Below are positions 10,163 through 19,341 of a stretch of 64,000 bases of DNA, one piece after another. Made by a program: the position numbers and the translations under genes. The DNA is from Leptospiraceae bacterium (lineage in GTDB: Bacteria; Spirochaetota; Leptospiria; Leptospirales; Leptonemataceae), in assembly GCA_040217195.1 (NCBI GenBank), contig JAVJNR010000004.1:672001-736000 (forward strand). The letters are read 5' to 3'. Below the pieces are notes generated by a model. That model was not told the origin of the DNA. It saw only the letters and a program-made list of their open reading frames with translations, and ran no database searches. Positions within the stretch are counted from its first letter, which is position 1, and every line of letters starts with the position of its first letter.

Positions 10163-10918
10163 TTACAAATCTGCTGCGCAGCGAAACCCCAGGTTCCGGG
10201 AAGTGGACCGAGCCTTTAGTCCGGACCTGAATGCGTATCGCATAAAGTCAGCATACAGGGATGGATCGCTGGCCGCTGTGGCTGCCGAGCCGCAGAACAG
10301 GGCACTTTCTTTCGTATCTCTTGAGTCCCCTCCTACAGTGGCTGTGTTAAAATCTTCCGTCCATTCCCAGATCAATCCATGTTGATCAAAAATACCAAGA
10401 GTATTCTGGTACCCCTGACCGATGGGTCGCAGTTCGCTGGATGTCTTTCCATACCAGTTCAGAATTCGACGGGCAAACTGGGCCCTACTTTCGTAAGGAG
10501 CCTCTACACTTGGAAATGCAGCTGCATATTCCCATTCATTGGTTTCGGGTAATCGCAGACCAATCCAATGGCAATACTTTCTGGCTGCGAAATAGGAAAC
10601 GTTGGTTACCGGTTGTTTGTTTTGCATAGATTCCGGTGTCTTCTTCCAGTGATTCAAATAATTCTCATCTGCGAACAGATCTGCTTTTCGAGAGTTGCTC
10701 CACTCAGGGTTCGCCTGCACAAATATATGAAATTCGCGATTGGTCACCGGGAAAGGTTGCATTCTAAATGCCTGGATTCTCAGAGGTTGTTCATCATCCA
10801 GAAAAGGAACAAATACTCCGGCGGGTACTATAACAAGACTGTCCTTTCTGGCTATGGCCATTGCTGGAATAAGAACTAAGATTAAGAATGCAAGGGCCGT
10901 AGCCCGATTGGATTTCAT
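10163..10918 (-). CDS. FGE-sulfatase-fold (NirV-like) protein
   Basis: PVTNREF, RLPETNEWEYAA, GLIWEWT and GFRCA motifs; sits between nirK and sco. Confidence 0.88.
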   Translation of the reverse strand: MKSNRATALAFLILVLIPAMAIARKDSLVIVPAGVFVPFLDDEQPLRIQAFRMQPFPVTNREFHIFVQANPEWSNSRKADLFADENYLNHWKKTPESMQNKQPVTNVSYFAARKYCHWIGLRLPETNEWEYAAAFPSVEAPYESRAQFARRILNWYGKTSSELRPIGQGYQNTLGIFDQHGLIWEWTEDFNTATVGGDSRDTKESALFCGSAATAASDPSLYADFMRYAFRSGLKARSTSRNLGFRCAADL

Positions 10919-10961
10919 TTTCCTGCCTCCGTTTACCTGAAATTCTAACTCTCTGGATCAT

Positions 10962-11007
10962 AAAACTCCGCATCCAGGCTCTGCTTTCGCTGATCCCGGG
11001 ATGCGGA
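10962..11007 (-). terminator. Stem-loop after nirK (partial terminator or mRNA stabiliser)
   Basis: TCCGCATCC...GGATGCGGA arms, followed by TTTT on the minus strand. Confidence 0.55.
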
Positions 11008-11017
11008 ATTCCCTCTA

Positions 11018-12397
11018 TTATCGCTGCGCTTTTACCTCCGCCGGGGTAACCTCATAACCAGGGTTATTCCACTTACTATTGATATAAGTGAGAACATTGG
11101 CTATTTCCGAATCGCTGAGTCCCAGAGCAGGCATAACACCATTGTATTGTTCTCCATTTACTGTTATAGGCTCTCGCAGCCCATGAAGTACAGCTCTAAT
11201 ACTGGCACGCTTATTCTTTAGATAGTCCGAACTGGCCAGAGGTGGAAAGGATCCCTTCACTCCATTGCCGTTCATCTGGTGACAGGCAGCACAGTTATGT
11301 TCGTATACATTTTTGCCTGCCTCAATTCTCTCTGCAACAGTGGCCAGACTCGGAGCCCGGACTTCATCATCCACAGATTGAATCGCACCACCTTCCGGAT
11401 GGTAGATTTCATCGGATACCTTGCCAGAGTAGACGATTGGATCATCCTCTCCTTCCACTTTCAGCATTCCCAGAGCACCCTTGTTAAATGCTCTAAAGAT
11501 TGAGTGGTCCACGAGAATATACGTACCCGGAGCATCCGTGCGAAATTCCACAATCGTGGCTCCACCGGCCGGTATCAGAGTAGTCTGCACATTTTCCTGA
11601 TTGGCCCGGGTTCCGCCTTCCGTATATACCCGGTCAAATATCTCTCCAATGACATGGAAGGAACTCACCAGGTTGGGACCACCATTGCCTACAAACAAAC
11701 GCACTGTCTCCCCTTTGTTTGCAGTGATTGCATTTTTATCGGTGAGAGCGCCCACGGAGCCGTTAAAAACTACGTACTCAGCGTCTTCGCGTACTGCTTT
11801 CTCCATGTCAAAGGGCTGATGTCCTGGCTTTCCGAATCTCTGTTTCGTATAGAATTCAGATTGAAGAACATAGTATTCTCTGTCGACTTCTGGTAGTCCT
11901 CCGGCTGGCTCAACGAGTATAAGCCCATACATTCCGTTGGCAATGTGCATCCCCACCGGTGCGGTTGCGCAGTGATAGATATATAGCCCGGGATTTAATG
12001 CCTTGAACTTGAATGTGGATGTGTGGCCAGGGGCTGTGAAAGAGGAAACGGCTCCCCCTCCAGGTCCGGTCACCGCATGCAGATCTATGTTATGAGGCAT
12101 TTTGCTGTCAGGATGATTACTCAGTTGAAACTCTATTTCATCATCCTCTCGCACGCGAATAAAGGGCCCGGGGACTTTGCCACCAAAGGTCCAGAAGGTA
12201 TACGTCACTCCATCGGCCAGACGCATTTCCACTTCGCTGGTTTCAAGCTTGACGATCACATAAGCCGGTCCCCGATCAATGGGTGCCGGAACATTCGGAG
12301 CAAAGGTTAATTCTGCTTCAATCGTAGGCTTTTCACAGGCCAATAGCCCGGCTACGAAAAGTGGCAGAATGAACCATTTTATTTTTTTGGGATTCAT
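11018..12397 (-). CDS. nirK: Copper-containing nitrite reductase with fused C-terminal cytochrome c; predicted lipoprotein
   Basis: [24 protein letters not shown] and SSFHVIGE copper ligands; C-terminal CAACH...MP haem domain; LLAC lipobox; GGAGG before ATG 12397. Confidence 0.97.
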   Translation of the reverse strand: MNPKKIKWFILPLFVAGLLACEKPTIEAELTFAPNVPAPIDRGPAYVIVKLETSEVEMRLADGVTYTFWTFGGKVPGPFIRVREDDEIEFQLSNHPDSKMPHNIDLHAVTGPGGGAVSSFTAPGHTSTFKFKALNPGLYIYHCATAPVGMHIANGMYGLILVEPAGGLPEVDREYYVLQSEFYTKQRFGKPGHQPFDMEKAVREDAEYVVFNGSVGALTDKNAITANKGETVRLFVGNGGPNLVSSFHVIGEIFDRVYTEGGTRANQENVQTTLIPAGGATIVEFRTDAPGTYILVDHSIFRAFNKGALGMLKVEGEDDPIVYSGKVSDEIYHPEGGAIQSVDDEVRAPSLATVAERIEAGKNVYEHNCAACHQMNGNGVKGSFPPLASSDYLKNKRASIRAVLHGLREPITVNGEQYNGVMPALGLSDSEIANVLTYINSKWNNPGYEVTPAEVKAQR

Positions 12398-12444
12398 AAT
12401 CGCCTCCAATGATCATAGAGTAAACCAATCCAGCCGTTCAGGCA

Positions 12445-12458
12445 TTGATAACTATCAA
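12445..12458. promoter_or_regulatory. FNR/DNR-type box for nirK
   Basis: TTGATAACTATCAA; minus-strand -10 TACTCT begins 29.5 bp from the box centre. Confidence 0.85.
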
Positions 12459-12623
12459 GCGAAGGTAATGATTCAAAAAAATGACCCCTCGAAGGAGGGG
12501 CCCATGGGGGAAGGATTCTCGATTAACATGGCTCGAAAGAGGGTCGCAGGGAAATGGAGCTATGCCTGAACTTGATAGGCTTTTACTCATAAGCCTGTGC
12601 CTGCTCTGCCTGGCCGGTGTTTG

Positions 12624-14369
12624 CTAGAATTTTGCAGTAACCATTAGATATGCAAAATCACTCCTGGGGTCGAATGCCGGGTCTCGCAGATCCGGTTGAT
12701 TAAACGTCTCATCCACTCTGTGGCGAATAGAGCTCAGTGCATAAGCCTGACCGTAACCAATGTCCAGCTTAAGTTGATTTACCGATACGGAATAGGTGAT
12801 GTTGTATTCATGGAATAGCTGCGAGCTCAGCTGAGCCACGGAATTCTCGGATATCTTTCTGTTGGCATCCAGAACGGTTGAGTACCTGGAGTTGCTGCTG
12901 GTTTCGGTGCTCATCAGTTCCCCGTCCCCGTCTCGGGCCACTGCCCCGCCATTAGAATAGTAACTGTCCTGAGCCCGGTGTTTCTTGAAATGCCAGTACG
13001 CAATCTTCATATTTCCTGCTTTGCCCAGATCCAGGCCCAGAGTCAGAGCTCGAGCTATAAGATTGCGGGAGCCCACCAGATCCATATCGCCCATGGGACC
13101 ATGATTTGTGGGATAAAGTTGCGTGTAGGTATTGATCCTGGCATCATTTCGGTTCGCATCTCCGCTGGCCAACTCCGCCACCAATCCAATTCGGAAGGTT
13201 TCCAGAGGTTTGAACCCCAGGTCTGCATAGATCGCATACGCTTCATAACTTTGCTTTTCTGTGTACACCGGATCGCCATTTGCATCTACTTGATTCAGCC
13301 AATCCCATCCGGCCTGCACCCTTTCTCCGTTAAAGCCAGTTTGAATAGCCCCTTCCAGGGAATAATCAAACATTGGATGAGCGCTCTTGCCTTTAACAGT
13401 TTTATTGGTGATTCGCAAACCCACTGTGTGCAGATTATCTCTCTGACGATCACGAGCTCTGGGAGGCACTGGGATTCCAGGATAGGGAGATACGCTGGCA
13501 GGGATCCATTTTTTATACACACCTATGTAATATGGCTCCAGCTGAAACTGTGGATGAATGCGAAATTCATTGTAGAATACTGCCAGGTAAGCATCGTCCA
13601 GCTCACGGGCTGTGCTGGCCTGCACAGTACATAGTTTCGTAGTAGGATCGCAGCTAAACGTCAGGCCAGACGGATTAGAGCGACCCACCTGAGTACCGTT
13701 TCCTCCACCATCACTATCTTCTTCAGCAAGCACTGCGCCTGCCATGGAAGTCTTCCAGATTCCCCATTCCATGTGCATTTCCAGAGCATCAAAGCTACGC
13801 CCGACATTGCTCCAGCCTACTTTGCCGATCTGTCGTTCGCTTCCGTAGGCCAGCATCTGACGGCCGAATCGAATTCCCAATGGCCCCAGTAGGTTCTCTG
13901 ACTGGATGTAGGCTTCGCGCATATCCAGGGAATCCTCGGTGAAGTCATTTGCAGTACCAAAACCATTATCTGAACCTGGATTTCCTCCCCATACACGGGA
14001 GTCCTGAATTCGCAACACAATAGATGTATCTTCAGATAAGTTCTTTTCCAGTCCCAGCTGTGCGATACTACCTACGAACTCTCTCGTATCGTCCGTTCTT
14101 CGGTTAAAGTCCGAATTTGCATGAAATTCCGGGCGAATGCGGGCCATTCCAAAAATGGTAAGTCCATCAGTCCAGTTGATTGCCTCCGCTGACAGAGGAA
14201 CGGCGAACAATAAAACAAAGGCTGAAAGCGCCGATCGCCATTTTCCAGGATTCAGGAGCCTGGCTTGCGCCAGCCGCCATTGTTCAGTCTTCCCGGCCTC
14301 CCCGGTCGGTTCCTTCCGGTTCCTGTTTCCGGACCGGACATCACATTGGGAATCATGTTCAGGTTTCAT
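12624..14369 (-). CDS. Alginate export (AlgE-like) family outer-membrane porin
   Basis: RIRPEF, RIQDSRVWG, LDMREAY, GRQMLAYGSERQIG..GWSNVGRSFDA and ASGD...YPTNH motifs; C-terminal Phe. Confidence 0.82.
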   Translation of the reverse strand: MKPEHDSQCDVRSGNRNRKEPTGEAGKTEQWRLAQARLLNPGKWRSALSAFVLLFAVPLSAEAINWTDGLTIFGMARIRPEFHANSDFNRRTDDTREFVGSIAQLGLEKNLSEDTSIVLRIQDSRVWGGNPGSDNGFGTANDFTEDSLDMREAYIQSENLLGPLGIRFGRQMLAYGSERQIGKVGWSNVGRSFDALEMHMEWGIWKTSMAGAVLAEEDSDGGGNGTQVGRSNPSGLTFSCDPTTKLCTVQASTARELDDAYLAVFYNEFRIHPQFQLEPYYIGVYKKWIPASVSPYPGIPVPPRARDRQRDNLHTVGLRITNKTVKGKSAHPMFDYSLEGAIQTGFNGERVQAGWDWLNQVDANGDPVYTEKQSYEAYAIYADLGFKPLETFRIGLVAELASGDANRNDARINTYTQLYPTNHGPMGDMDLVGSRNLIARALTLGLDLGKAGNMKIAYWHFKKHRAQDSYYSNGGAVARDGDGELMSTETSSNSRYSTVLDANRKISENSVAQLSSQLFHEYNITYSVSVNQLKLDIGYGQAYALSSIRHRVDETFNQPDLRDPAFDPRSDFAYLMVTAKF

Positions 14370-14405
14370 AATGCCTTAGAATATTACGGCCGGAGCCGCT
14401 TTTCC

Positions 14406-14419
14406 TTGACATTTATCAA
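14406..14419. promoter_or_regulatory. FNR/DNR-type box for the AlgE-like porin
   Basis: TTGACATTTATCAA; minus-strand -10 TATTCT at 29.5 bp. Confidence 0.8.
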
Positions 14420-14626
14420 ATGATGATGTGAATACCTGGAGCAAGGTAGGCTGATGCGTATCCGACATGGAAAAAACCGCGGCCGATTCTGCGGTCCAGG
14501 ATTGTATTCTTGAACGGATCGTTAGTTCTTGCTCAGCAATGGGCCCATCGGAACGCCTATTCGAATTACTCTTCGCACTTGATACAGATCAATTACCGAT
14601 CCTTTTGGGCCGGCTAATATTTATCC

Positions 14627-15091
14627 ATGGTTTTGCGAAGCGAAGATGGTCGGGAGGATGCTTCAACGGATAGAAACCGAAACAGGCGAGTTGCCCTTGC
14701 CAGATATCAGAAGTTACCGTTAATGTATTCTTGCTCTGGATGCTCCAGTGCGGCTCAACTGGCCAATGATTTAGCTCTTCGCGCCGACCGCGAAGAGCTG
14801 GCAGAAATGTCCTGTATTGCAGGCGTTGGTGCCGGAATTAAACCCCTGGTCCATACTGCACGTTCCGGTCGACCTATAATTGCTCTAGATGGCTGTCCGC
14901 TTCACTGTGCCCGAATGGCATTGAAAAATCTAGCGATTATAGCTGATGTACATATAGACCTCTCACGTCATGGAGTGAAGAAGCGATACCATGAATCGGC
15001 CACACCGGATGAATACAAACATTCATGGGAGGCTGTTGTGCAACCGGCGGTCAGCGAACTCATGTTATTGCATCTGGGGTCTGAACAATAG
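14627..15091 (+). CDS. DGC-domain putative zinc-binding protein (start uncertain)
   Basis: LPLMYSCSGCSSAAQLAN...EMSCIAGVG...IALDGCPLHC. Confidence 0.85.
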   Translation: MVLRSEDGREDASTDRNRNRRVALARYQKLPLMYSCSGCSSAAQLANDLALRADREELAEMSCIAGVGAGIKPLVHTARSGRPIIALDGCPLHCARMALKNLAIIADVHIDLSRHGVKKRYHESATPDEYKHSWEAVVQPAVSELMLLHLGSEQ

Positions 15092-15307
15092 AATTTCAGC
15101 AATCCACTATAGCTCTAGCTTCAGAGCAATCCTGCGTTTCATACTACAGATTACAAATACCCGAAACTAGAATAGGGACTTTTTCCGGGCCGGATAACAC
15201 AGGAATCAAAAAGTCCGACTCCAGACTGGCCTTTTGCGAGTATTTCCTTTTAGCTTTCTGGATTCTGTATCCGTTTTCTATCGCAAGGAAAATTCGCTTC
15301 AGGAGCT

Positions 15308-15862
15308 CTAAGGATTCAGCTCTGCCAGGATTTCTTTCCAGTTATGTGGATTCCAGTTTCCGGTGCCTTTTATTCTAGCCCTGATCTGACGATCTACGAT
15401 AATATAACTTACAGGAATGGCATTCACCGCATAGGAGCTCCGGAGCTCCTGGGAACGATTGCGAACCACCAGCAAATTTTGGATCACCTCTCTCTGGAGA
15501 AATTGCGAAACGGCCCCATCGTGATTGTCTATAGAAATCGCAATTACTAGAAGTTCCCTTCTGCTGAATTGGCCTTGCAGTTTACTTAGCTCTTTCATCT
15601 CAGCTCTACAGGGAATGCAATACGTAGCCCAGAAATGGACGATGATCAACCTGCTTCTGATCGATAGTAGTTCAACCTTAGATCCATTTAGACTTTCTAA
15701 CCTAAAGTTCGGAGCAGACCGCACATCAACTGGCACATCAAATCCTGCCTCTGTCCAGAAGCTTGAATCTATGGTCTGGGCCCGAAGTTCCGAGCATAGC
15801 AGAAGAACCAGAACCGGGCCAATTGCCTTGAGAAACACTGCTTTTGATCCAATCCCCATCAT
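15308..15862 (-). CDS. TlpA/ResA family thiol-disulfide oxidoreductase
   Basis: Signal/TM segment, APNFRL, FWATYCIPCRAEM, cis-Pro AIP. Confidence 0.88.
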   Translation of the reverse strand: MMGIGSKAVFLKAIGPVLVLLLCSELRAQTIDSSFWTEAGFDVPVDVRSAPNFRLESLNGSKVELLSIRSRLIIVHFWATYCIPCRAEMKELSKLQGQFSRRELLVIAISIDNHDGAVSQFLQREVIQNLLVVRNRSQELRSSYAVNAIPVSYIIVDRQIRARIKGTGNWNPHNWKEILAELNP

Positions 15863-15911
15863 AAACCTGACTCCCTGGAGACAATCCTACTTTCTCAGCG
15901 TTCTTTCTGCC

Positions 15912-15925
15912 TTGATTCAGGTCAA
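15912..15925. promoter_or_regulatory. FNR/DNR-type box for the tlpA-like gene
   Basis: TTGATTCAGGTCAA; minus-strand -10 TAGGAT at 29.5 bp. Confidence 0.8.
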
Positions 15926-16008
15926 AAAGCGACGGGCTTAGCCTTTTTCTACCGGCATCACCAGATAGAATAAATGCAACCGAAGGCTGGGTTTGCGTTC
16001 CAACGTAT

Positions 16009-16665
16009 ATGCGAGTTACAGATCTATTTGGAGTTCTTCCCACAAGAAGCCAGGAAGCCTGGAATGCATTAACCCATGGTATGGGATTATTCATCAGTAT
16101 TCCTGCCGGTATTGTTTTGCTTTTCAAAGCTTCTCGATCGGACGATGGACTGACCATAATGGCAGCATTGATCTTTTCTGCAGCTCTTTTGCTACTCTAT
16201 GCCTCTTCCACTCTCTATCATACCAGCCAGAGAATTCGACTAAAGTTCGTTCTGCGAAAGATAGATCATTCAGCTATCTACATTTTCATTGCCGCAAGTT
16301 ACACACCATTCAGCCTGATACTTCTTCGAGATCATCCATACCTGGGATGGCCACTTTGCGTATTGATCTGGACTGCCGCTGCGGCCGGTATTCTTTATAA
16401 ATCATTCTTTATCCATAAGTTCGATACCGTTGCCACGCTATTGTATCTTGCCATGGGCTGGGTGGCCATTTTTGGAGTGACAGAAATCATTCAGAGGCTG
16501 GAGCCAGCAGGGCTTCTTTTACTCGTTGCAGGCGGACTCAGTTATACCCTGGGAGTGGGCTTTTACTTCTGGAGTTCCTTACGAGCTCACCATGCAATAT
16601 GGCATCTGTTTGTCCTTGCAGGTTCTCTATTTCATTACTGGACCATACATAGCTACGTACTATGA
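16009..16665 (+). CDS. Hemolysin III / PAQR (TrhA) family membrane protein
   Basis: EAWNALTHG, SSTLYH, RKIDHSAIY and HAIWHLFV motifs. Confidence 0.93.
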   Translation: MRVTDLFGVLPTRSQEAWNALTHGMGLFISIPAGIVLLFKASRSDDGLTIMAALIFSAALLLLYASSTLYHTSQRIRLKFVLRKIDHSAIYIFIAASYTPFSLILLRDHPYLGWPLCVLIWTAAAAGILYKSFFIHKFDTVATLLYLAMGWVAIFGVTEIIQRLEPAGLLLLVAGGLSYTLGVGFYFWSSLRAHHAIWHLFVLAGSLFHYWTIHSYVL

Positions 16666-16688
16666 TCATGGGCCTCCGGTTTCGCATC

Positions 16689-17060
16689 TCAGATTTCGGA
16701 CTCAAGATAGTCCCGAATCAGTCTTAGTTGAGCCCCGGACAGAGGTTGCCTACCCCGGCCACGACGGTAGTGCTCCATTCTGCGAATTGTATTTGTCCAG
16801 CCTCCCGGAACCTTCTGGGCCGGGTTGGGCAAGGCATGACATTCGCTACAAACTTCGCCAAACAGAACTCTTCCTCTGGATAGCTGGTCCCCTGGAGCTA
16901 CCGACTCTGGCGCCAAGCCAAAAACACCTGACAGACAAGAAAAAGAAGGGATAACCCAGAACATGGAAATTGCCAGTAAAGACCGGGCAAACGGCCGCAA
17001 TACCGGAGCCAGCCCGAGTCTGCTGTTCACCATCTGCCCGGTAATTCGTGGCTCCGGCAT
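16689..17060 (-). CDS. Small monohaem cytochrome c, probable lipoprotein (start 17060 or 17033)
   Basis: GRVLFGEVCSECHALP...WTNTIRRM; hydrophobic stretch ending SFSC; AGAGG before ATG 17060. Confidence 0.75.
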   Translation of the reverse strand: MPEPRITGQMVNSRLGLAPVLRPFARSLLAISMFWVIPSFSCLSGVFGLAPESVAPGDQLSRGRVLFGEVCSECHALPNPAQKVPGGWTNTIRRMEHYRRGRGRQPLSGAQLRLIRDYLESEI

Positions 17061-17118
17061 TGCCTCTACCTGGCACGATTTTATGAGGCCTGGACTGTCG
17101 CTGTCCGTCTGGCCCAGG

Positions 17119-17199
17119 ACTTTCGCTACTTTCGCTACTTTCGCTACTTTCGCTACTTTCGCTACTTTCGCTACTTTCGCTACTTTCGCTAATTTCGCC
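17119..17199. repeat. 9-bp tandem repeat (ACTTTCGCT)x8 plus one degenerate copy
   Basis: Read directly from the sequence. Confidence 0.97.
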
Positions 17200-17313
17200 T
17201 GTTCATTGCCTTTTTGCATTCAGGGCTCCACTGCCGCCGACCCAAAAATAGAAATCCACTTTCCCATACGAAAGCAGGCCCGGAATTAATCATCCGCGCC
17301 TGCCAACGGGTTT

Positions 17314-18588
17314 CTAGAACCCGAGAGAATCGGGCTGCCCGGAACTCTCGGAATGCCTTACGCTACTGGAAGTGGGAATTTCCAAATAGTAAGCCAGCTG
17401 CACTGTGTACTCCCGGGGCATTTGAATGCCTCGAAACCTCTGTTCCACCGGCACGGCCACCGATAGTTCCAGAACCTGCAATGGAACTGGCTGCCATTGA
17501 ATTCCAGCCGTAATGGAATGAATCTCCCCGCCGTAATTATCCGGGTCCCAGGCAGGACTCATGTATTCAGAGAAGATATTTCCATCCGTTGCTCGGCCCG
17601 CATCTCCGCGGTAAGCCTCTTCATGCTCGCCCTGCAAAGCCCCCTGCCATTGAGAGTTCCATTGAATGTGGGCCACTAGACTGGGCAGCAACTGATACAT
17701 GGCATAAACATCCAATCGGTAAAAGTCACCCAGAGAGTAGTTATGCTTATTTCTGTACGCTCGACCTGTGTATAGAAGAGTGGCCCCCCACCAGTAAGGA
17801 GATGCCGATCCCTGGTAGGCAAGGCCTGCCACCGGATCAAAAGTTCCTGACCCAAGCTGCATGGAATACGGCATAGGCTCGCTGCGACGATCCGGAAATG
17901 AGCTATTAAAGTCGGTCAGGTTTAGAGGAGCCGTGGGATTTCCCAGAGGATGGTTCCTGTTCTTTTCATCGATGGAGCCTGTGGGTAGACTCAGTCCTGC
18001 GATGATGGATAATTGATTGGTGGGAGCCAGAGAGTCATCTTCCAGGACTCTATATTTTCCCATTAGCATTGTATCGCTCATCCCGGATGTTTTCATTGTA
18101 TAATGCGAACGACCTAGCATATTTCGCATCATATAGTTAAACTTCATCTTCATGTACTTTTCCTGATACATGGTCATCAGCATAGCTGCGAAGCGGTCCG
18201 AGAAACTGTAAGCCGCAGAGATGTCGTACATATTCATGTACATCCTTTGCGGAGCTGCCATATATTTTCTTCCGGTAAGCTCTCCTGTAATTCGATTGTT
18301 AATGGCCATGATATTCGCATCCATGGACAGGCTCATACTTCCAGGAACGGAAAGCACAGCTTCCGTGGACAAAGATCCGGAACCTTGAAGTCCTCGCATG
18401 CTCATATGCATTGGCTTTATTTTCAGTCTAAATTCATGGGTTTCCGGTATTCCAGCGCCCAGGATGTTCAGTGGCATGTTACCTCCGCAATGGAGACAGC
18501 AAAGACCCGTGTCGGCCTGAGCCGGCGGTACATATAGTAGAGTTAGCAGGCAGAAGACCATAGCTCCGCCAGTAAGATAATGTTTCAT
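17314..18588 (-). CDS. Exported Met-rich protein, probable outer-membrane beta-barrel of the 'transporter'/MetA-pathway-like class
   Basis: Signal peptide ending AQA; CCLHC at the mature N-terminus; GLSLPTG and MQLGSGTFD motifs; MHMSM, MYMNM and MLMTM motifs. Confidence 0.7.
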   Translation of the reverse strand: MKHYLTGGAMVFCLLTLLYVPPAQADTGLCCLHCGGNMPLNILGAGIPETHEFRLKIKPMHMSMRGLQGSGSLSTEAVLSVPGSMSLSMDANIMAINNRITGELTGRKYMAAPQRMYMNMYDISAAYSFSDRFAAMLMTMYQEKYMKMKFNYMMRNMLGRSHYTMKTSGMSDTMLMGKYRVLEDDSLAPTNQLSIIAGLSLPTGSIDEKNRNHPLGNPTAPLNLTDFNSSFPDRRSEPMPYSMQLGSGTFDPVAGLAYQGSASPYWWGATLLYTGRAYRNKHNYSLGDFYRLDVYAMYQLLPSLVAHIQWNSQWQGALQGEHEEAYRGDAGRATDGNIFSEYMSPAWDPDNYGGEIHSITAGIQWQPVPLQVLELSVAVPVEQRFRGIQMPREYTVQLAYYLEIPTSSSVRHSESSGQPDSLGF

Positions 18589-18592
18589 TTTT

Positions 18593-18678
18593 TCCTCCCT
18601 GATTGGAACGGATTGAGGTCCCGAAACATTGGAGGCATCGGGACCTCCGGCGATTATGCAAATCGCCAGGAAGGAGGA
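18593..18678 (-). promoter_or_regulatory. Predicted mRNA junction sequestering the Shine-Dalgarno of the Met-rich gene
   Basis: mRNA UCCUCCUU (18678-18671, in the D-P-P-S codons) pairs with AGGGAGGA (18600-18593), enclosing a 7-bp stem (18667-18649) and a 10-bp stem (18647-18615). Confidence 0.7.
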
Positions 18679-19103
18679 TCTCGAGCTCTGGAAACTATGC
18701 TGTCTGTTGCGATCGAAATTGGAGGCGATGCAAAAGCCAGACCGCCTTTCTGAGATTGAATTTGAAGTGCGTAGAAATCTGCTTTGTTCAGATCCTGAAT
18801 GGATAGATAGCCCTGGCAGACGGGACAGACACCGTGATCATGGACCGGTTCTTCATTCGCATCTTTATCCAGGTTAGTCGACGTAGTACCCGGTTTCGCC
18901 GGCTGGACCTGGTGAGCTTCTGATCCGGTCCGGTGACAATCTCCTGGTCGATCCAGGGAACTTTGTGTATTACGGGCAACAGATCCTATTTCCGGACAAT
19001 GATGGAGGGCTGGCACCGCATTGGCCACCAGGAAGCTGGCAAGGACTAACTGCGAAGTAAACAGTCGTGCTGCGGCCTCTCCTGATCTTTTCCAGCGTTT
19101 CAT
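18654..19103 (-). CDS. DUF2946-like (CutF/CruR-type) leader protein
   Basis: Hydrophobic N-terminal segment, HHC, CH, HDHGVCPVC, C-terminal RARDPP (RAPP-like). Confidence 0.75.
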   Translation of the reverse strand: MKRWKRSGEAAARLFTSQLVLASFLVANAVPALHHCPEIGSVARNTQSSLDRPGDCHRTGSEAHQVQPAKPGTTSTNLDKDANEEPVHDHGVCPVCQGYLSIQDLNKADFYALQIQSQKGGLAFASPPISIATDSIVSRARDPPSWRFA

Positions 19104-19198
19104 ATCGGATTTGCGAATCCGGGATACCGGTGCCTGTTAAAAGGTCTATTCGGCTACCATCATCTGTTAACAGGATATCAGAAATGAAACATTGGGCC

Positions 19199-19212
19199 TT
19201 GATAGTTATCAA
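19199..19212. promoter_or_regulatory. FNR/DNR-type box for the DUF2946-like operon
   Basis: TTGATAGTTATCAA; minus-strand extended -10 TGATATCCT (hexamer at 28.5 bp). Confidence 0.82.
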
Positions 19213-19341
19213 CCGGGCTTAATTAAATCATTGGCGACATCCTTCATGAGAGTTAACAATCATACTCTCAGAGAAGGTGAATTCTATTTCGCAGCCAATT
19301 GAAACGCCGGAGCTTTCTGTCCCATTACAATAATCGGCAGC

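Noticed and set aside
12978..13634. 218-aa plus-strand ORF
   Set aside because: Antisense shadow of the AlgE-like porin with no motifs.
14467..14673. 68-aa ORF upstream of the DGC gene
   Set aside because: No RBS or motif, and it overlaps the DGC ORF; it cannot be supported.
17061..17219. (AKV)n N-terminal extension as a real part of the cytochrome
   Set aside because: It arises from a perfect DNA repeat; a better RBS and signal position favour a start at 17060 or 17033.
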